Shown: positions 1 to 9,640, counted from the first letter of the stretch. The stretch: DNA of 64,000 nt from an uncultured Chloroflexia bacterium (GCA_963828165.1 CAWHDR010000001.1:2560001-2624000), one strand, 5' to 3'. The notes: a model not told the origin generated them from the letters alone. Program-made: numbers and translations.

Positions 1-72
1 GACCTCCCAGGCAGGGACCGGCAGGCCCTGGGCGACGAGCAGCGTCTTGGCGTCGGCTTCGTGGAGTTTCAC
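1..72 (-). CDS. sucC: Succinyl-CoA synthetase beta subunit, N-terminus (runs off window)
   Basis: Not in the ORF track. Manual translation from GTG at 72 gives MKLHEADAKTLLVAQGLPVPAWEV, matching the SucC start (MKLHEYQAKxLxxxxGvPVP). GGAG RBS upstream; TCA gene context. Confidence 0.8.
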   Translation of the reverse strand, partial: MKLHEADAKTLLVAQGLPVPAWEV

Positions 73-230
73 GCGCGAAGGACTCCGGTGGGTGGGTGCT
101 GAGGGGACCGCGATGGTACCGCGTCGGACCGGCCCAACGCGTCAGCGACCGGATCTGGAACGGAATCGGGACGTCGCCTCGCCATACTGGTTGAGCGTGG
201 CCACGTCGGCCGCGCCACCCGCCGAGGGGC

Positions 231-791
231 GTGATGCAGCGAGACCTCGTGGAGCGAGCGCGGAAGGGCGATCATGACGCCTTCGCCGAGCTGGCAGGCG
301 CCGCGATCTCTCGTCTGGACGCGGCCGCCTGGCTCATCCTCCGCGATCCCGAACAGGCCAAGGACGCCGTGCAGAACACGCTCGTCCGCGCCTGGCGCGA
401 CCTGCCGACGCTGCGGGATCCGGACCTCTTCGACGCCTGGGTCCACCGGATGCTCGTCCATGCCTGCATCGATGAGGCACGGCGGCTGCGGCGGCATCGC
501 GTCGATGTCGAGCTCACGAACCTTCATGCGCCCACCGTTGCCGGCATCGAGTCGGCCGTAGCGGATCGCGACCAGCTCGAGCGCGGCTTCCTCCGTCTCG
601 AGCCAGACGCGCGGGCGCTCGTCGTCATGCATCACTACCTCGACCTGCCGTTGCCGGAGGTCGCCACGACGCTCGGGATCCCGCTCGGAACGGCGAAGTC
701 TCGCCTGCACCGAGCACTCCGGGTCATGCGGGCGGCGCTCGACGCCGATGCCCGCTATCGACCGGAAGCCAGGGAGGGTCGTCCCGCATGA
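231..791 (+). CDS. ECF (sigma-70 group 4) RNA polymerase sigma factor
   Basis: Region 2 motifs (AKDAVQNTLVRAWRDL, FDAWVHR) and region 4 HTH (EVATTLGIPLGTAKSRLHRA). Confidence 0.93.
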   Translation: MMQRDLVERARKGDHDAFAELAGAAISRLDAAAWLILRDPEQAKDAVQNTLVRAWRDLPTLRDPDLFDAWVHRMLVHACIDEARRLRRHRVDVELTNLHAPTVAGIESAVADRDQLERGFLRLEPDARALVVMHHYLDLPLPEVATTLGIPLGTAKSRLHRALRVMRAALDADARYRPEAREGRPA

Positions 792-2065
792 CGACGAACG
801 ACGTCTTCGGACGCAACCTCTCGACCTGGCTGCACGAGGACGCGGAGCACCACGTGCCCGACCACCTCGCGGACGTCCTGCAGCGCACCGCGGCGACCCG
901 CCAGCGACCGGCATGGTCGAGCCTCGAAAGGTGGCTCCCCATGGATACGACACTCCGACCTCGCCCGCTCGCGCTGCCCAGTGTGGGGCGACTCCTGCTT
1001 GTGGCGGCCCTGCTGATCGTGGCCGCCCTGGCGGTCATCGCCGTCGGCTCGTGGCCATCACGACTGCCCGACCCGTTCGGGCTCGCCCGCAACGGCATGT
1101 TTGTCACGAGCCGTGACGGTGACATCTACCTCATGGATCCGGTTAGCGCGGAGACCCGGCTGATCTCGGGTGGCGACGCCTTCGATTTCTCGCCGATCTT
1201 CTCGCGCGACGGGACCCGGATGGTCTTCCTGCGCTCCGATGAGCGGCTGACCGATGACACGCCAGCCATCCTCACGATGTTCGTGGCCAACGCCGATGGC
1301 TCGGGAGCCCGCGCGCTCACGCCGCCGACCGAGAGCCTCGACTGGTTCGACTGGTCCCCGGACGGATCCCGCGTCGCCTACATTGCGACCGCGAAGCTGT
1401 GGATCGTCGACGTGGACGGTGGCGGCGCACCACGGATGCTCGAGGGTACCGGACCGGCGCACTTCCCGACGTGGCTTCCGCCCGACGGCAAAGACATCGT
1501 CTACAGGGTGGAGAGCGGGAGCCCCGGGATCTATGCGATCGCCGCCGACGGGAGCGAAAAGCGTCGCCGGCTGTCGACGACGGCCGCCAACAATCAGTTC
1601 GACTACCAGGCGATCGCCCTCTCGCCGGACGGGGCGCACGTCACCTTCACGCGCTGGTCTGCGGCCGGTCTCCCGCGGGTCTACGCGTTGGACACCGCGA
1701 CCGGTGAGGAGACGTTGTTCCCGATGTCGGCCGGAGTGGGTCAACGCGGAACGGCGATCTATTCGCCCGATGGGGCGCTCGTGGCCTATGCCCGGATCCT
1801 GGCTGGTGGGGGCTTCCAGCTCGTCGTAGCAAACGCCGACGGGTCCGGTAGCGAGCGAACGATCGGACCACGGAAGGCCGGTCCACCCGGCGGGACCGAG
1901 GTACCCGCGTCTTGGGCATTCACGCCCGACGGCAAGGCGCTGATGGTGCGCTTCGGAAACGACGCCAACGGGACCACCCACCTCCTCCCGCTCGATGGAT
2001 CGCCGGCGACGGACCTTGGCTCGGGCGAGTTCGACTTCCTCGACGCCCAGCGTCTGGCACCCTGA
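788..2065 (+). CDS. Putative anti-sigma factor: short cytoplasmic N-terminus, one TM helix, extracellular TolB/PD40 beta-propeller
   Basis: ATGA overlap with the ECF gene; TM segment LLLVAALLIVAALAVIAV; repeated FSRDG/WSPDG/LSPDG/YSPDG/FTPDG PD40 motifs. Confidence 0.8.
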   Translation: MTTNDVFGRNLSTWLHEDAEHHVPDHLADVLQRTAATRQRPAWSSLERWLPMDTTLRPRPLALPSVGRLLLVAALLIVAALAVIAVGSWPSRLPDPFGLARNGMFVTSRDGDIYLMDPVSAETRLISGGDAFDFSPIFSRDGTRMVFLRSDERLTDDTPAILTMFVANADGSGARALTPPTESLDWFDWSPDGSRVAYIATAKLWIVDVDGGGAPRMLEGTGPAHFPTWLPPDGKDIVYRVESGSPGIYAIAADGSEKRRRLSTTAANNQFDYQAIALSPDGAHVTFTRWSAAGLPRVYALDTATGEETLFPMSAGVGQRGTAIYSPDGALVAYARILAGGGFQLVVANADGSGSERTIGPRKAGPPGGTEVPASWAFTPDGKALMVRFGNDANGTTHLLPLDGSPATDLGSGEFDFLDAQRLAP

Positions 2066-2083
2066 CGAGCCGCTCCTGCACAC

Positions 2084-2113
2084 CGGCCGGCCGCCCGACC
2101 AGGCGGCCGGCCG
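2084..2113 (+). terminator. GC-rich hairpin after the ECF operon
   Basis: CGGCCGGCCGCC-cgacca-GGCGGCCGGCCG perfect 12-bp inverted repeat; weak U tract. Confidence 0.55.
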
Positions 2114-2131
2114 TGTCACGCCCGCCGCCGC

Positions 2132-2137
2132 TACAAT
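2132..2137 (+). promoter_or_regulatory. -10 element (TACAAT) of a probable leaderless icd transcript
   Basis: TACAAT lies 6 nt before the ATG at 2144; no SD sequence. Confidence 0.6.
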
Positions 2138-2143
2138 CGGGCC

Positions 2144-3166
2144 ATGGCCCACCGTGTGACCCTCATCCCCGGCGACGGCATCGGTCCGGAGCTGGCGGAG
2201 GCGACCTGCCGCGTCCTCGATGCGACCGGCATCGGCTTCGAGTGGGAGCCCGTCGTGGCCGGGGAAGCCGCGATCGCCGAGCACGGTACGCCGCTCCCCG
2301 ACGGGGTCCTGGAGTCGGTCAAGCGCAACAAGGTCGCGCTGAAGGGTCCCATCACGACCCCGGTCGGTGGTGGCTTTCGCAGCGTCAACGTAGGGCTCCG
2401 CCAGGCGCTGAACCTGTACGCCAACCTGCGACCGGCCCGCTCGATGCAAGGGGTGGAGAGCCGCTTCCAGGATGTCGATCTCGTCATCGTCCGCGAGAAC
2501 ACCGAGGACCTGTACGCCGGGATCGAGCACATGGTCGGCCCCGATGCCGCGGAGAGCATCAAGATCATCACGCGGGCCGCGTCTGAGCGGATCGCTCGCT
2601 TCGCGTTCGACTACGCGGTCGCCAACGGCCGGCGCAAGGTCACGGCCGTGCACAAGGCCAACATCATGAAGCTGTCCGACGGGCTGTTCCTCGAGAGCTG
2701 CCGGACGGTCGCCGCCGATTACGACGGCAAGGTCGAGTTCGAGGACCGCATCGTCGACAACATGTGCATGCAGCTCGTCCAGAAGCCGGAGCTGTACGAC
2801 GTGCTCGTGCTGCCTAACCTGTACGGCGACATCGTCAGCGACCTTGCGGCGGGGCTGGTCGGCGGGTTGGGGGTGGCGCCGGGTGCCAACATCGGCACCG
2901 AGGCGGCGGTCTTCGAGCCGGTCCACGGCTCGGCACCCAAGTACGCAGGCCTGGACAAGGCCAATCCGACCGCGCTGATCCTGTCGGGCGCCCTCATGCT
3001 CCGCCACCTCGGCTACCCGGACGCCGCGGATGGGGTGGAGACGGCCGTCCGCGCCGTGATCGCCGAAGGGAAGGCCACGACCTCCGACCTGGGCGGGTCG
3101 GCCGGCACGGCCGCCTTCGCGGACGCCGTCATCGAGCGACTGGCCGGCGTGAGCGCAGCCCGATGA
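2144..3166 (+). CDS. icd: Isocitrate dehydrogenase (NAD-type; isocitrate/isopropylmalate dehydrogenase family)
   Basis: [36 protein letters not shown] and FEPVHGSAP motifs; [16 protein letters not shown] loop; TCA context. Confidence 0.85.
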   Translation: MAHRVTLIPGDGIGPELAEATCRVLDATGIGFEWEPVVAGEAAIAEHGTPLPDGVLESVKRNKVALKGPITTPVGGGFRSVNVGLRQALNLYANLRPARSMQGVESRFQDVDLVIVRENTEDLYAGIEHMVGPDAAESIKIITRAASERIARFAFDYAVANGRRKVTAVHKANIMKLSDGLFLESCRTVAADYDGKVEFEDRIVDNMCMQLVQKPELYDVLVLPNLYGDIVSDLAAGLVGGLGVAPGANIGTEAAVFEPVHGSAPKYAGLDKANPTALILSGALMLRHLGYPDAADGVETAVRAVIAEGKATTSDLGGSAGTAAFADAVIERLAGVSAAR

Positions 3167-3978
3167 CCGGGCTGCCGGCAAGCCTCCGCGCCCCGCACAA
3201 GCCCCGCGGGACCGCATCGAACGGTCTGGGCGCCACGAAGCGGCGCGACCGCTGGTGGGTCACCCCGACCGTCCAGGGCACGCTGTTCACGGTCTGTGCG
3301 ACGTACCTGTTCATCAGCGGCATCCTGCTGACTCCGTTGTTCGGGACGCCGTACCTGACCGAGTCCGGGCTGCTCTCGCCGCTGTTCTCGCCACTGATCG
3401 CCCCGGACTGGTTGCCGACGTGGATCAGCCCGGGGCTCTTCATCCTGTGGGTCCCGCTCGGCTTCCGGGCGACCTGCTACTACTACCGCAAGGCCTACTA
3501 CCGCTTCTACTTCGCCGATCCGCCGGGCTGCGCGGTGGGGGAGCCCAGGGTTCACGACCGCTACTCCATGGAGACGGCGTTCCCGTTCATCCTGCAGAAC
3601 CTGCATCGCTACTTCCTCTATCTCGCGTTCATCCCGCTCTTCTTCCTGTGGCTCGATGCCGGCCTCGCCGTCGTCCACGGGGGCGGGATCACGATCGGCC
3701 TCGGCATCGCGATCCTGTTCGTCAATGCGGCGCTGCTGACCGGCTACTCGCTGTCGTGCCATTCCCTGCGGCACCTCGTCGGCGGGCGGATGGACTGCTT
3801 CTCCTGCTCCCGCCGGGCGAAGGTCCGGTACTCGCTATGGAAGCGGCTGACATCCCTGAACCTGCGCCACATGGAGTGGGCGTGGGCAAGCCTCATCTCG
3901 GTCACGCTTGCTGACGTGTATGTGCGACTGGCCGCGACCGGCGCGATCGTCGATCCCACGATCGTCATCCGTCCCTAG
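3163..3978 (+). CDS. Succinate dehydrogenase membrane anchor, Sdh1/Rv0249c-like
   Basis: Multi-TM protein with [32 protein letters not shown] and HMEWAW motifs, directly upstream of sdhA/B. Confidence 0.85.
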   Translation: MTGLPASLRAPHKPRGTASNGLGATKRRDRWWVTPTVQGTLFTVCATYLFISGILLTPLFGTPYLTESGLLSPLFSPLIAPDWLPTWISPGLFILWVPLGFRATCYYYRKAYYRFYFADPPGCAVGEPRVHDRYSMETAFPFILQNLHRYFLYLAFIPLFFLWLDAGLAVVHGGGITIGLGIAILFVNAALLTGYSLSCHSLRHLVGGRMDCFSCSRRAKVRYSLWKRLTSLNLRHMEWAWASLISVTLADVYVRLAATGAIVDPTIVIRP

Positions 3979-3996
3979 GCGCGCGCGACGACCCCG

Positions 3997-5820
3997 ATGA
4001 TCGAACCGACCCGTCCCCAGACACGCCCGCACGACGTCGTCGTCATCGGCGCGGGAGGCGCAGGGTTGCGGGCGGCCATCGCGGCCCGGGACGCCGGCGC
4101 CGATGTCGGTCTCGTCTGCAAGTCGCTGCTCGGCAAGGCCCACACGGTGATGGCGGAGGGCGGCGTGGCCGCCGCCCTGGCGCACGTCGCCCCGACCGAC
4201 TCGTGGCAGGTCCACTTCCGCGACACGATGGTCGGCGGCAAACAGTTGAACCATCCGCGCATGGCCCAGCTGCACGCGCAGGAAGCCCCCGACCGCGTCC
4301 GCGAGCTGGAGTACTGGGGCGCGGTCTTCGACCGGACCGCCGACGGCCGGATCCTCCAGCGGCCGTTCGGAGGGCACTCCCATCCGCGCCTCGCCCACGT
4401 CGGCGACCGGACCGGCCTCGAGATGATCCGGACCCTGCAGGACCGCGCGGTCGCGGCCGGCATCGAGGTGTACATGGAGTGCACCATCACCCGGCTGATC
4501 ACGGGCCCGACCGGCGTGACGGGGGCCTTCGGTTACTGGCGGACGACGGGGCGACCGATCGTCTTCCCGGCCAAGGCTGTGGTGCTCGCCACCGGTGGCG
4601 TCGGCAAGGCCTACGAGGTCACCTCCAACTCGTGGGAGTACAGCGGCGACGGCGACGCGATGGCCTACGCCGCCGGGGCCGAGCTCATCGACATGGAGTT
4701 CGTCCAGTTCCATCCGACCGGGATGGTCTGGCCCCCGGGCGTCCGCGGACTGCTCGTCACGGAGGCGGTCCGCGGAGAGGGCGGGATCCTGCGCAATGCC
4801 GAGGGCGAGCGGTTCATGTGGCGCTACCTGCCCGAGGAGCGCCGTCACGAATATGCCGCGACGGACGAGGAGGCCACCCGCTGGGTAACGGCGCTGTCCC
4901 AGGGCCGTGAGACCGACGCTCGACGGCCGCCGGAGCTCTCGACCCGGGACAACGTCTCGCGCGCGATCTACACCGAAGTCAAGGAGGGTCGCGGCACCCC
5001 GCACGGCGGCGTGTACCTCGACATCAGCTACCTGCCGCCGGACCACGTCCGCCGCAAGCTGCCCTCGATGTACGAGCAGTTCAAGGAACTGGCGGACGTC
5101 GATATCACCAAGGGTCCGATGGAGGTCGGACCGACGACCCACTACGTGATGGGCGGCGTCCGGGTCGAACCGGACACCGGCGCGACGACCGTCGCGGGCC
5201 TCTTCGCGGCGGGGGAGGTGTCGGGCGGCATGCACGGCGCGAACCGCCTGGGCGGCAACTCGCTTTCGGACCTCCTCGTCTTCGGTGCCCGGGCGGGTGT
5301 CGGAGCGGCGGCCCTCGCCGCGACCCGCGACGGTGAGTCGCATCTGGACCCCGTCCAGGTCCAGGCCGCGGCCCGTGACCTCGAGGCGCCGCTCGAGCGA
5401 ACCGAAGGCGAGGATCCGTACGCGCTCCAGCGTGACCTGCAGACGATGATGCAGCGCCTGGTCGGCATCTTCCGGACCGAAGACGATCTGAAGGAGGCCG
5501 TCCGCGAGCTCGGTGCGTTGCGGAGTCGCTGGGCCGCGGTCCGCGTCACGGGTGGTCGCGCCTTCAACCCCGGCTGGGACCTCGTGTTCGAGCTGGGAAA
5601 CCTGCTGACGGTGTCCGAGGCGATCACCCGCAGCGCGCTGCAGCGCAGGGAGAGTCGGGGCGCGCATAGCCGGCTCGATTACCCTGAACTCGACGACGCG
5701 ACATGGGGTCGCCTCAACAGCGTCGTCGCCAAGGCTCCCGACGGCACGATGCGCGTCGACACCAGCCCGATCCCGACGATGCCCGACGAGCTGCGCGGCC
5801 TGCTCGCCGGCGACCACTGA
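3997..5820 (+). CDS. sdhA: Succinate dehydrogenase/fumarate reductase flavoprotein subunit
   Basis: GAGGAG FAD motif, AHTVMAEGG covalent-FAD His, QFHPTG, HGANRLGGNSL, RESRGAH. Confidence 0.95.
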   Translation: MIEPTRPQTRPHDVVVIGAGGAGLRAAIAARDAGADVGLVCKSLLGKAHTVMAEGGVAAALAHVAPTDSWQVHFRDTMVGGKQLNHPRMAQLHAQEAPDRVRELEYWGAVFDRTADGRILQRPFGGHSHPRLAHVGDRTGLEMIRTLQDRAVAAGIEVYMECTITRLITGPTGVTGAFGYWRTTGRPIVFPAKAVVLATGGVGKAYEVTSNSWEYSGDGDAMAYAAGAELIDMEFVQFHPTGMVWPPGVRGLLVTEAVRGEGGILRNAEGERFMWRYLPEERRHEYAATDEEATRWVTALSQGRETDARRPPELSTRDNVSRAIYTEVKEGRGTPHGGVYLDISYLPPDHVRRKLPSMYEQFKELADVDITKGPMEVGPTTHYVMGGVRVEPDTGATTVAGLFAAGEVSGGMHGANRLGGNSLSDLLVFGARAGVGAAALAATRDGESHLDPVQVQAAARDLEAPLERTEGEDPYALQRDLQTMMQRLVGIFRTEDDLKEAVRELGALRSRWAAVRVTGGRAFNPGWDLVFELGNLLTVSEAITRSALQRRESRGAHSRLDYPELDDATWGRLNSVVAKAPDGTMRVDTSPIPTMPDELRGLLAGDH

Positions 5821-5834
5821 CGACGGAGGCACGA

Positions 5835-6659
5835 ATGCCGGACGCACATCTCCGGGTCTTCCGCGGCAGTCCCGGGCAGGACAGCCACTTCGACGAGTTC
5901 GACGTGCCGGTCGAGGAGGGGATGGTCGTCCTCGACGCCCTCCACTGGATCCAGGGGCACGAGGCACCCGACCTTGCCGTGCGCTGGAACTGCAAGGCCG
6001 CCAAGTGCGGATCGTGCAGCGCCGAAGTCGACGGCCGGCCGTCACTGACCTGCAAGACCCGCCTGTCCGATTTCGATCTCGACGAGCCGATCACGGTCGA
6101 GCCGATGCGGGCGTTCCCGCTGATCAAGGATCTCGTGACGGACGTCTCGTGGAACTACGAGGTCAACAAGACGATCCAGCCGTTCACGCCACCCGACGAC
6201 GTTCCGCAGGAGGACTGGCGCTGGCAGCAGGACGACATCAACCGCGTCCAGGAATACCGCAAGTGCATCGAGTGCTTCCTGTGCCAGGACGTCTGCCATG
6301 TCCTGCGCAACCACGAGACCGACAAGCCGTTCATGGGCCCGCGCTACCTGGTCCGGGCGGCGGGTCTGGAGATGCACCCGATCGATCAGGCCGACCGCCG
6401 CGACTACCTCAAGGACAGCGGGGGGATCGGCTACTGCAACATCACCAAGTGCTGCACCGAGGTCTGCCCGGAGCACATCAAGATCACCGACAACGCCATC
6501 ATCCCGCTCAAGGAACGCGTCGCCGACGCCCACTACGACCCGTTGCAATGGGCCTGGCGGAAGCTCCGCGGCGGAGACGAAGAGCCCCGCTCGCGTGTCG
6601 AGCTGCCGGTCCTCCAGGCAGGCGAGCGTCCGCCGGACCGGGACCCGGCCCCGGAGTGA
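5835..6659 (+). CDS. sdhB: Succinate dehydrogenase/fumarate reductase iron-sulfur subunit
   Basis: CKAAKCGSC, CIECFLCQDVC and CNITKCCTEVCP clusters; start reset to ATG 5835 after a GGAGG RBS. Confidence 0.93.
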   Translation: MPDAHLRVFRGSPGQDSHFDEFDVPVEEGMVVLDALHWIQGHEAPDLAVRWNCKAAKCGSCSAEVDGRPSLTCKTRLSDFDLDEPITVEPMRAFPLIKDLVTDVSWNYEVNKTIQPFTPPDDVPQEDWRWQQDDINRVQEYRKCIECFLCQDVCHVLRNHETDKPFMGPRYLVRAAGLEMHPIDQADRRDYLKDSGGIGYCNITKCCTEVCPEHIKITDNAIIPLKERVADAHYDPLQWAWRKLRGGDEEPRSRVELPVLQAGERPPDRDPAPE

Positions 6660-7186
6660 CGGAGCCGATGTTCCCGGAGCCGCCGGCGAGCTCCGAGGAA
6701 CCCGGGTCGGTCGCGGCACGAGCCTCGGCGTTCCTGATCCGGACGGACGGCGCGGCCCGCGGCAACCCCGGACCGGCGTCGGCCGGCGCCGCGCTGTACG
6801 ACCTGCGCCGAGGCGATGCGCGTGACCCTCGAGCCGCCCCCGACGCGTCGATCTCCGATTACCTCGGGGTCCAGACCAACAACGTCGCGGAGTACACCGG
6901 GGTCGTGCGCGCGCTCGAGCTCGCGACCGAGCTCGGGGCGTCCGAGGTGCACCTGCTGCTCGATTCCAAGCTGATCGTGGAGCAGCTCGCCGGTCGGTGG
7001 CGGGTGAAGGACGCGAAGCTGATCCCGCTCTGGGCGCGCGCCCGTCAGACGCTCGGGGGATTCACGCGATGGTCGGCGGCCCACGTGCCGCGCGCCCAGA
7101 ACAGCGTCGCGGACGCGCTCGCGAACGAGGCGATCGACCGGGCGCACGCTGGCGGTCCGGCCTCGGTCACGCGCAGACCCAGCTGA
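6656..7186 (+). CDS. rnhA: Ribonuclease HI family protein
   Basis: TDGAARGNPG, TNNVAEY, DSKLIVEQL, HVPRAQNSVADALAN; GTGA overlap with the sdhB stop. Confidence 0.88.
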   Translation: MTEPMFPEPPASSEEPGSVAARASAFLIRTDGAARGNPGPASAGAALYDLRRGDARDPRAAPDASISDYLGVQTNNVAEYTGVVRALELATELGASEVHLLLDSKLIVEQLAGRWRVKDAKLIPLWARARQTLGGFTRWSAAHVPRAQNSVADALANEAIDRAHAGGPASVTRRPS

Positions 7187-7419
7187 GCCGCACTGCCCGC
7201 GTGACGCGCGGGCACGTCGGTCCATGCGTGTGCATGAAGCGCTCCTATCGTCGAACGAACTCGTCGATCACGCCGTCAGGAGCCGCCTCAGCCGATGTTC
7301 GTGCGCTCGGCGCACGCCATGGGGAGCGGATGGTCGCCGGCTCGACGATAGCCCCATGGGATGCACACCAACGCCGGGTGGTCGGAGGGTCCGGCGCACG
7401 ATCCGGGGTAGACTCAGGC

Positions 7420-7801
7420 GTCAGCGAGGCGGTCGGATGGTCGCGCGGCACGTCGGAGCGATCCGGTGTCTGCCGTGAGGAAAGTCCGAGCTCCCCAGCG
7501 CAGGGTGGCGGGTAACGCCCGTCCGTCGTGAGACGAGGACCAGTGCCACAGTGACGATGCCGCCGACCGGCTTTCGGGTCGGCCGGCGGAGTGAAACGCG
7601 GCAAACTCCACCCGGAGCAAGGCCGAATAGGAGGGCGCAACCCGTGCCGGGCAACCGGTTCGGGGGAGAGGTGCGCTGCCCAGCCCTCGGGTAGGCCGCA
7701 AGAGCCGCCGGGTGACCGGCGGCCTTAGATGGATGGCCATCCCCGACGTGCGCTTCGGCGCGCGATGGGACAGAACTCGGCTTACAGACCGCCTCGCTGA
7801 C
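7420..7801 (+). ncRNA. rnpB: RNase P RNA
   Basis: GAGGAAAGTCC (CR-I), AGTGCCACAG, ACAGAACTCGGCTTA (CR-V); P1 ends GTCAGCGAGGCGGTC/GACCGCCTCGCTGAC pair; TAGACT -10 at 7409-7414. Confidence 0.97.
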
Positions 7802-7897
7802 ACGATCGCCGAAACCCCGGGCGGATGGCGTCGGGGACCGCCAAATCGGACCTCGGTAACCGCATGCATCAGCACCCGGTTACGGGTGGCTGGGCCC

Positions 7898-8140
7898 TCA
7901 GTCCTCGTCGGGCCGGAAGATGTGCGGCGCGATGCAGGAGTTGCAGATCGGCGTGGCCGAGTCCAGGTCGCCCAGCGGGATCGGGTACTTGCGGTCCGGG
8001 AAGAGGCATTCCACGTCGTAGACGCGCTCGGAGGCGACCTCGACATCGATCAAGCGGCGGAACGTGCAGCGCTTGATCCGGTGCGGCGCCAGACGGAGCG
8101 GGTCCGGCGGTGGCGAGATGACGGGTAGCGGCAGGGCCAT
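7898..8140 (-). CDS. Small hypothetical protein with four Cys (C..C..CxxC)
   Basis: 80-aa ORF with coding-like composition filling the rnpB-LysM gap; no family recognised. Confidence 0.65.
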   Translation of the reverse strand: MALPLPVISPPPDPLRLAPHRIKRCTFRRLIDVEVASERVYDVECLFPDRKYPIPLGDLDSATPICNSCIAPHIFRPDED

Positions 8141-8291
8141 GATGATGGGCGTCCGAAGCCTCGTGACGGGGGTCGAACGGGTGGTCCGATCGACTCAGGC
8201 GCCGGACAGTAGCACCGCCATATGTGTCACGGCAAGGCGCGAAAGGTACTAGACTCCGCGCCGTTCGACCCGTCCAGCAGTGGGAGATTGT

Positions 8292-9390
8292 GTGGCTGAC
8301 GACCCCGGGAGCCAGTCAGCTCCGCGTCCGAGACGACGTCGACGGCCTGGACTGGCCGGTGCATTCGACCTGTCGCCGGACGGTGCGACCGAGCCTGAGG
8401 AGCCGGTCCAGCCCGATCCGGACAAGGGTTTCGTCGACCAAACGCGGCTTCCCACGTTCGTCCACACGCCCCAGGAGGCCAACTCCGGAGCGGACGACAA
8501 CATCCTCCAGCCGAGCCTCATCGTGCCGCACGTCGTCGCAGCGGGAGACCGTCCGTCGCCGAGCCCAGGGGATCGCGGTTGGCTGCCCATGCTCGATGGT
8601 CGCTCCGACGACCCGGAGGTCTGTCCGTTCCTGCGGGCGGTGGATGACACCGACCGGATGGTAGCGCCGGTCGAGGCGCCGGACCCGGCCAACCGATGCG
8701 CGGCCCTGCGCGATCCGGTGCCTCAATCGTTGCGACAACAGGAGCTGGTGTGCCTCGCCTCGGGCCACGTCAGTTGTCCACGCTACCTCCGTGGCGCCGT
8801 GGTGATGGCCGAGGCACCCGCAGCCGCGGTCCGGCCCGGGCGCTCGGTGAGCCCGGCCGTGCTGGGTTCCGTCCTCGTTCTGGTCATGGCCGCGACCGCG
8901 TCGTTGGCGTTCGTCATGGTGCGCGGCGGGTTAGAGCTCGCCGTCGCGGCGCCCACACGGTCGCCGGGTGCATCGGCGGGCGCCGTGGCGCAGGCCTCTC
9001 TTCCCCGGTCTCGTCGGCCGCCCCGACCCCGGCACCGACGGCGACATCGTCGCTGGCTCCAGCGCCAACGCCAACGCCATCGCCCTCACCTTCGCCCACG
9101 CCCACGCCCACGCCCACGTCCCGACCCCGACGCCGAGCCCGACGCCCACACCACGCCCGACGCCCACGCCCACGGCCCGGCCGGCCCCGACCTCCGACCG
9201 GTACGCGCTGCTGCGGCCGTGTCCCGGCACGTCACGCTGCTGGATCTACCGCGTACGGGCCGGCGACAACATCTACAGCATCGCGAACTACTTCGGCGTG
9301 ACGCAGGCGAGCATCTACGACCGCAACCCGTTCGTCCGCAACGGCCTCCGTCCGGGCCAGGACCTGCGCCTCCCGCCGCCGACGCGCTAG
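8292..9390 (+). CDS. Membrane-anchored LysM protein (Cys-rich N-domain, TM, Pro/Thr linker, LysM); two apparent frameshifts
   Basis: Pieces lie in three frames: CPFL..C..C..HxxC plus TM (8280 ORF), PT linker (8696 ORF), and LysM YRVRAGDNIYSIANYFGV...LRPGQDLRLP (8968 ORF). Shifts near 9000 and 9120. Confidence 0.75.
9060..9190 (+). repeat. Coding hexamer tandem repeat (ACGCCC/ACGCCA, Pro-Thr linker)
   Basis: cccacg repeated in tandem, encoding PTPTPT. Confidence 0.8.
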
Positions 9391-9512
9391 CCCCGCGCGT
9401 CGAACCACTGCTGATCGCCCGCGCCGAATAGCGCGCGTCCCGATCTGGTGCTCGCGGCACCGGTTCGTGCCTGCGATCGGCTACATCGGTTTCCCCGGTG
9501 CTTTTTTGTGGA

Positions 9513-9540
9513 TTGACGTGGCGGCTCAGGGCGCTACTAT
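9513..9540 (+). promoter_or_regulatory. Sigma-70 promoter of the dcw operon
   Basis: TTGACG-N16-TACTAT about 100 nt upstream of mraZ. Confidence 0.75.
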
Positions 9541-9546
9541 GCAGGG

Positions 9547-9572
9547 AAGTGGTCCAAAGTGGTGGGAAGTGG
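9547..9572 (+). promoter_or_regulatory. MraZ-binding repeats
   Basis: Three AAGTGG units at an exact 10-bp period just downstream of the -10; matches the known GTGG-type MraZ operator architecture. Confidence 0.8.
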
Positions 9573-9640
9573 GGAACACCTAGGCACTCGAACCCCAGAC
9601 CTACAGGACCAGGCCCTGGTAGACCAAGGAGCCCGTACGG

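Noticed and set aside
7167-7235. 22-codon minus-strand ORF with an AGGAG RBS (MHTHGPTCPRV...)
   Set aside because: Overlaps the rnhA end; no promoter, motif or other support.
9060-9190. Tandem repeats as a possible CRISPR array or VNTR
   Set aside because: Hexamer repeats encoding a Pro-Thr linker; no spacers and no cas genes.
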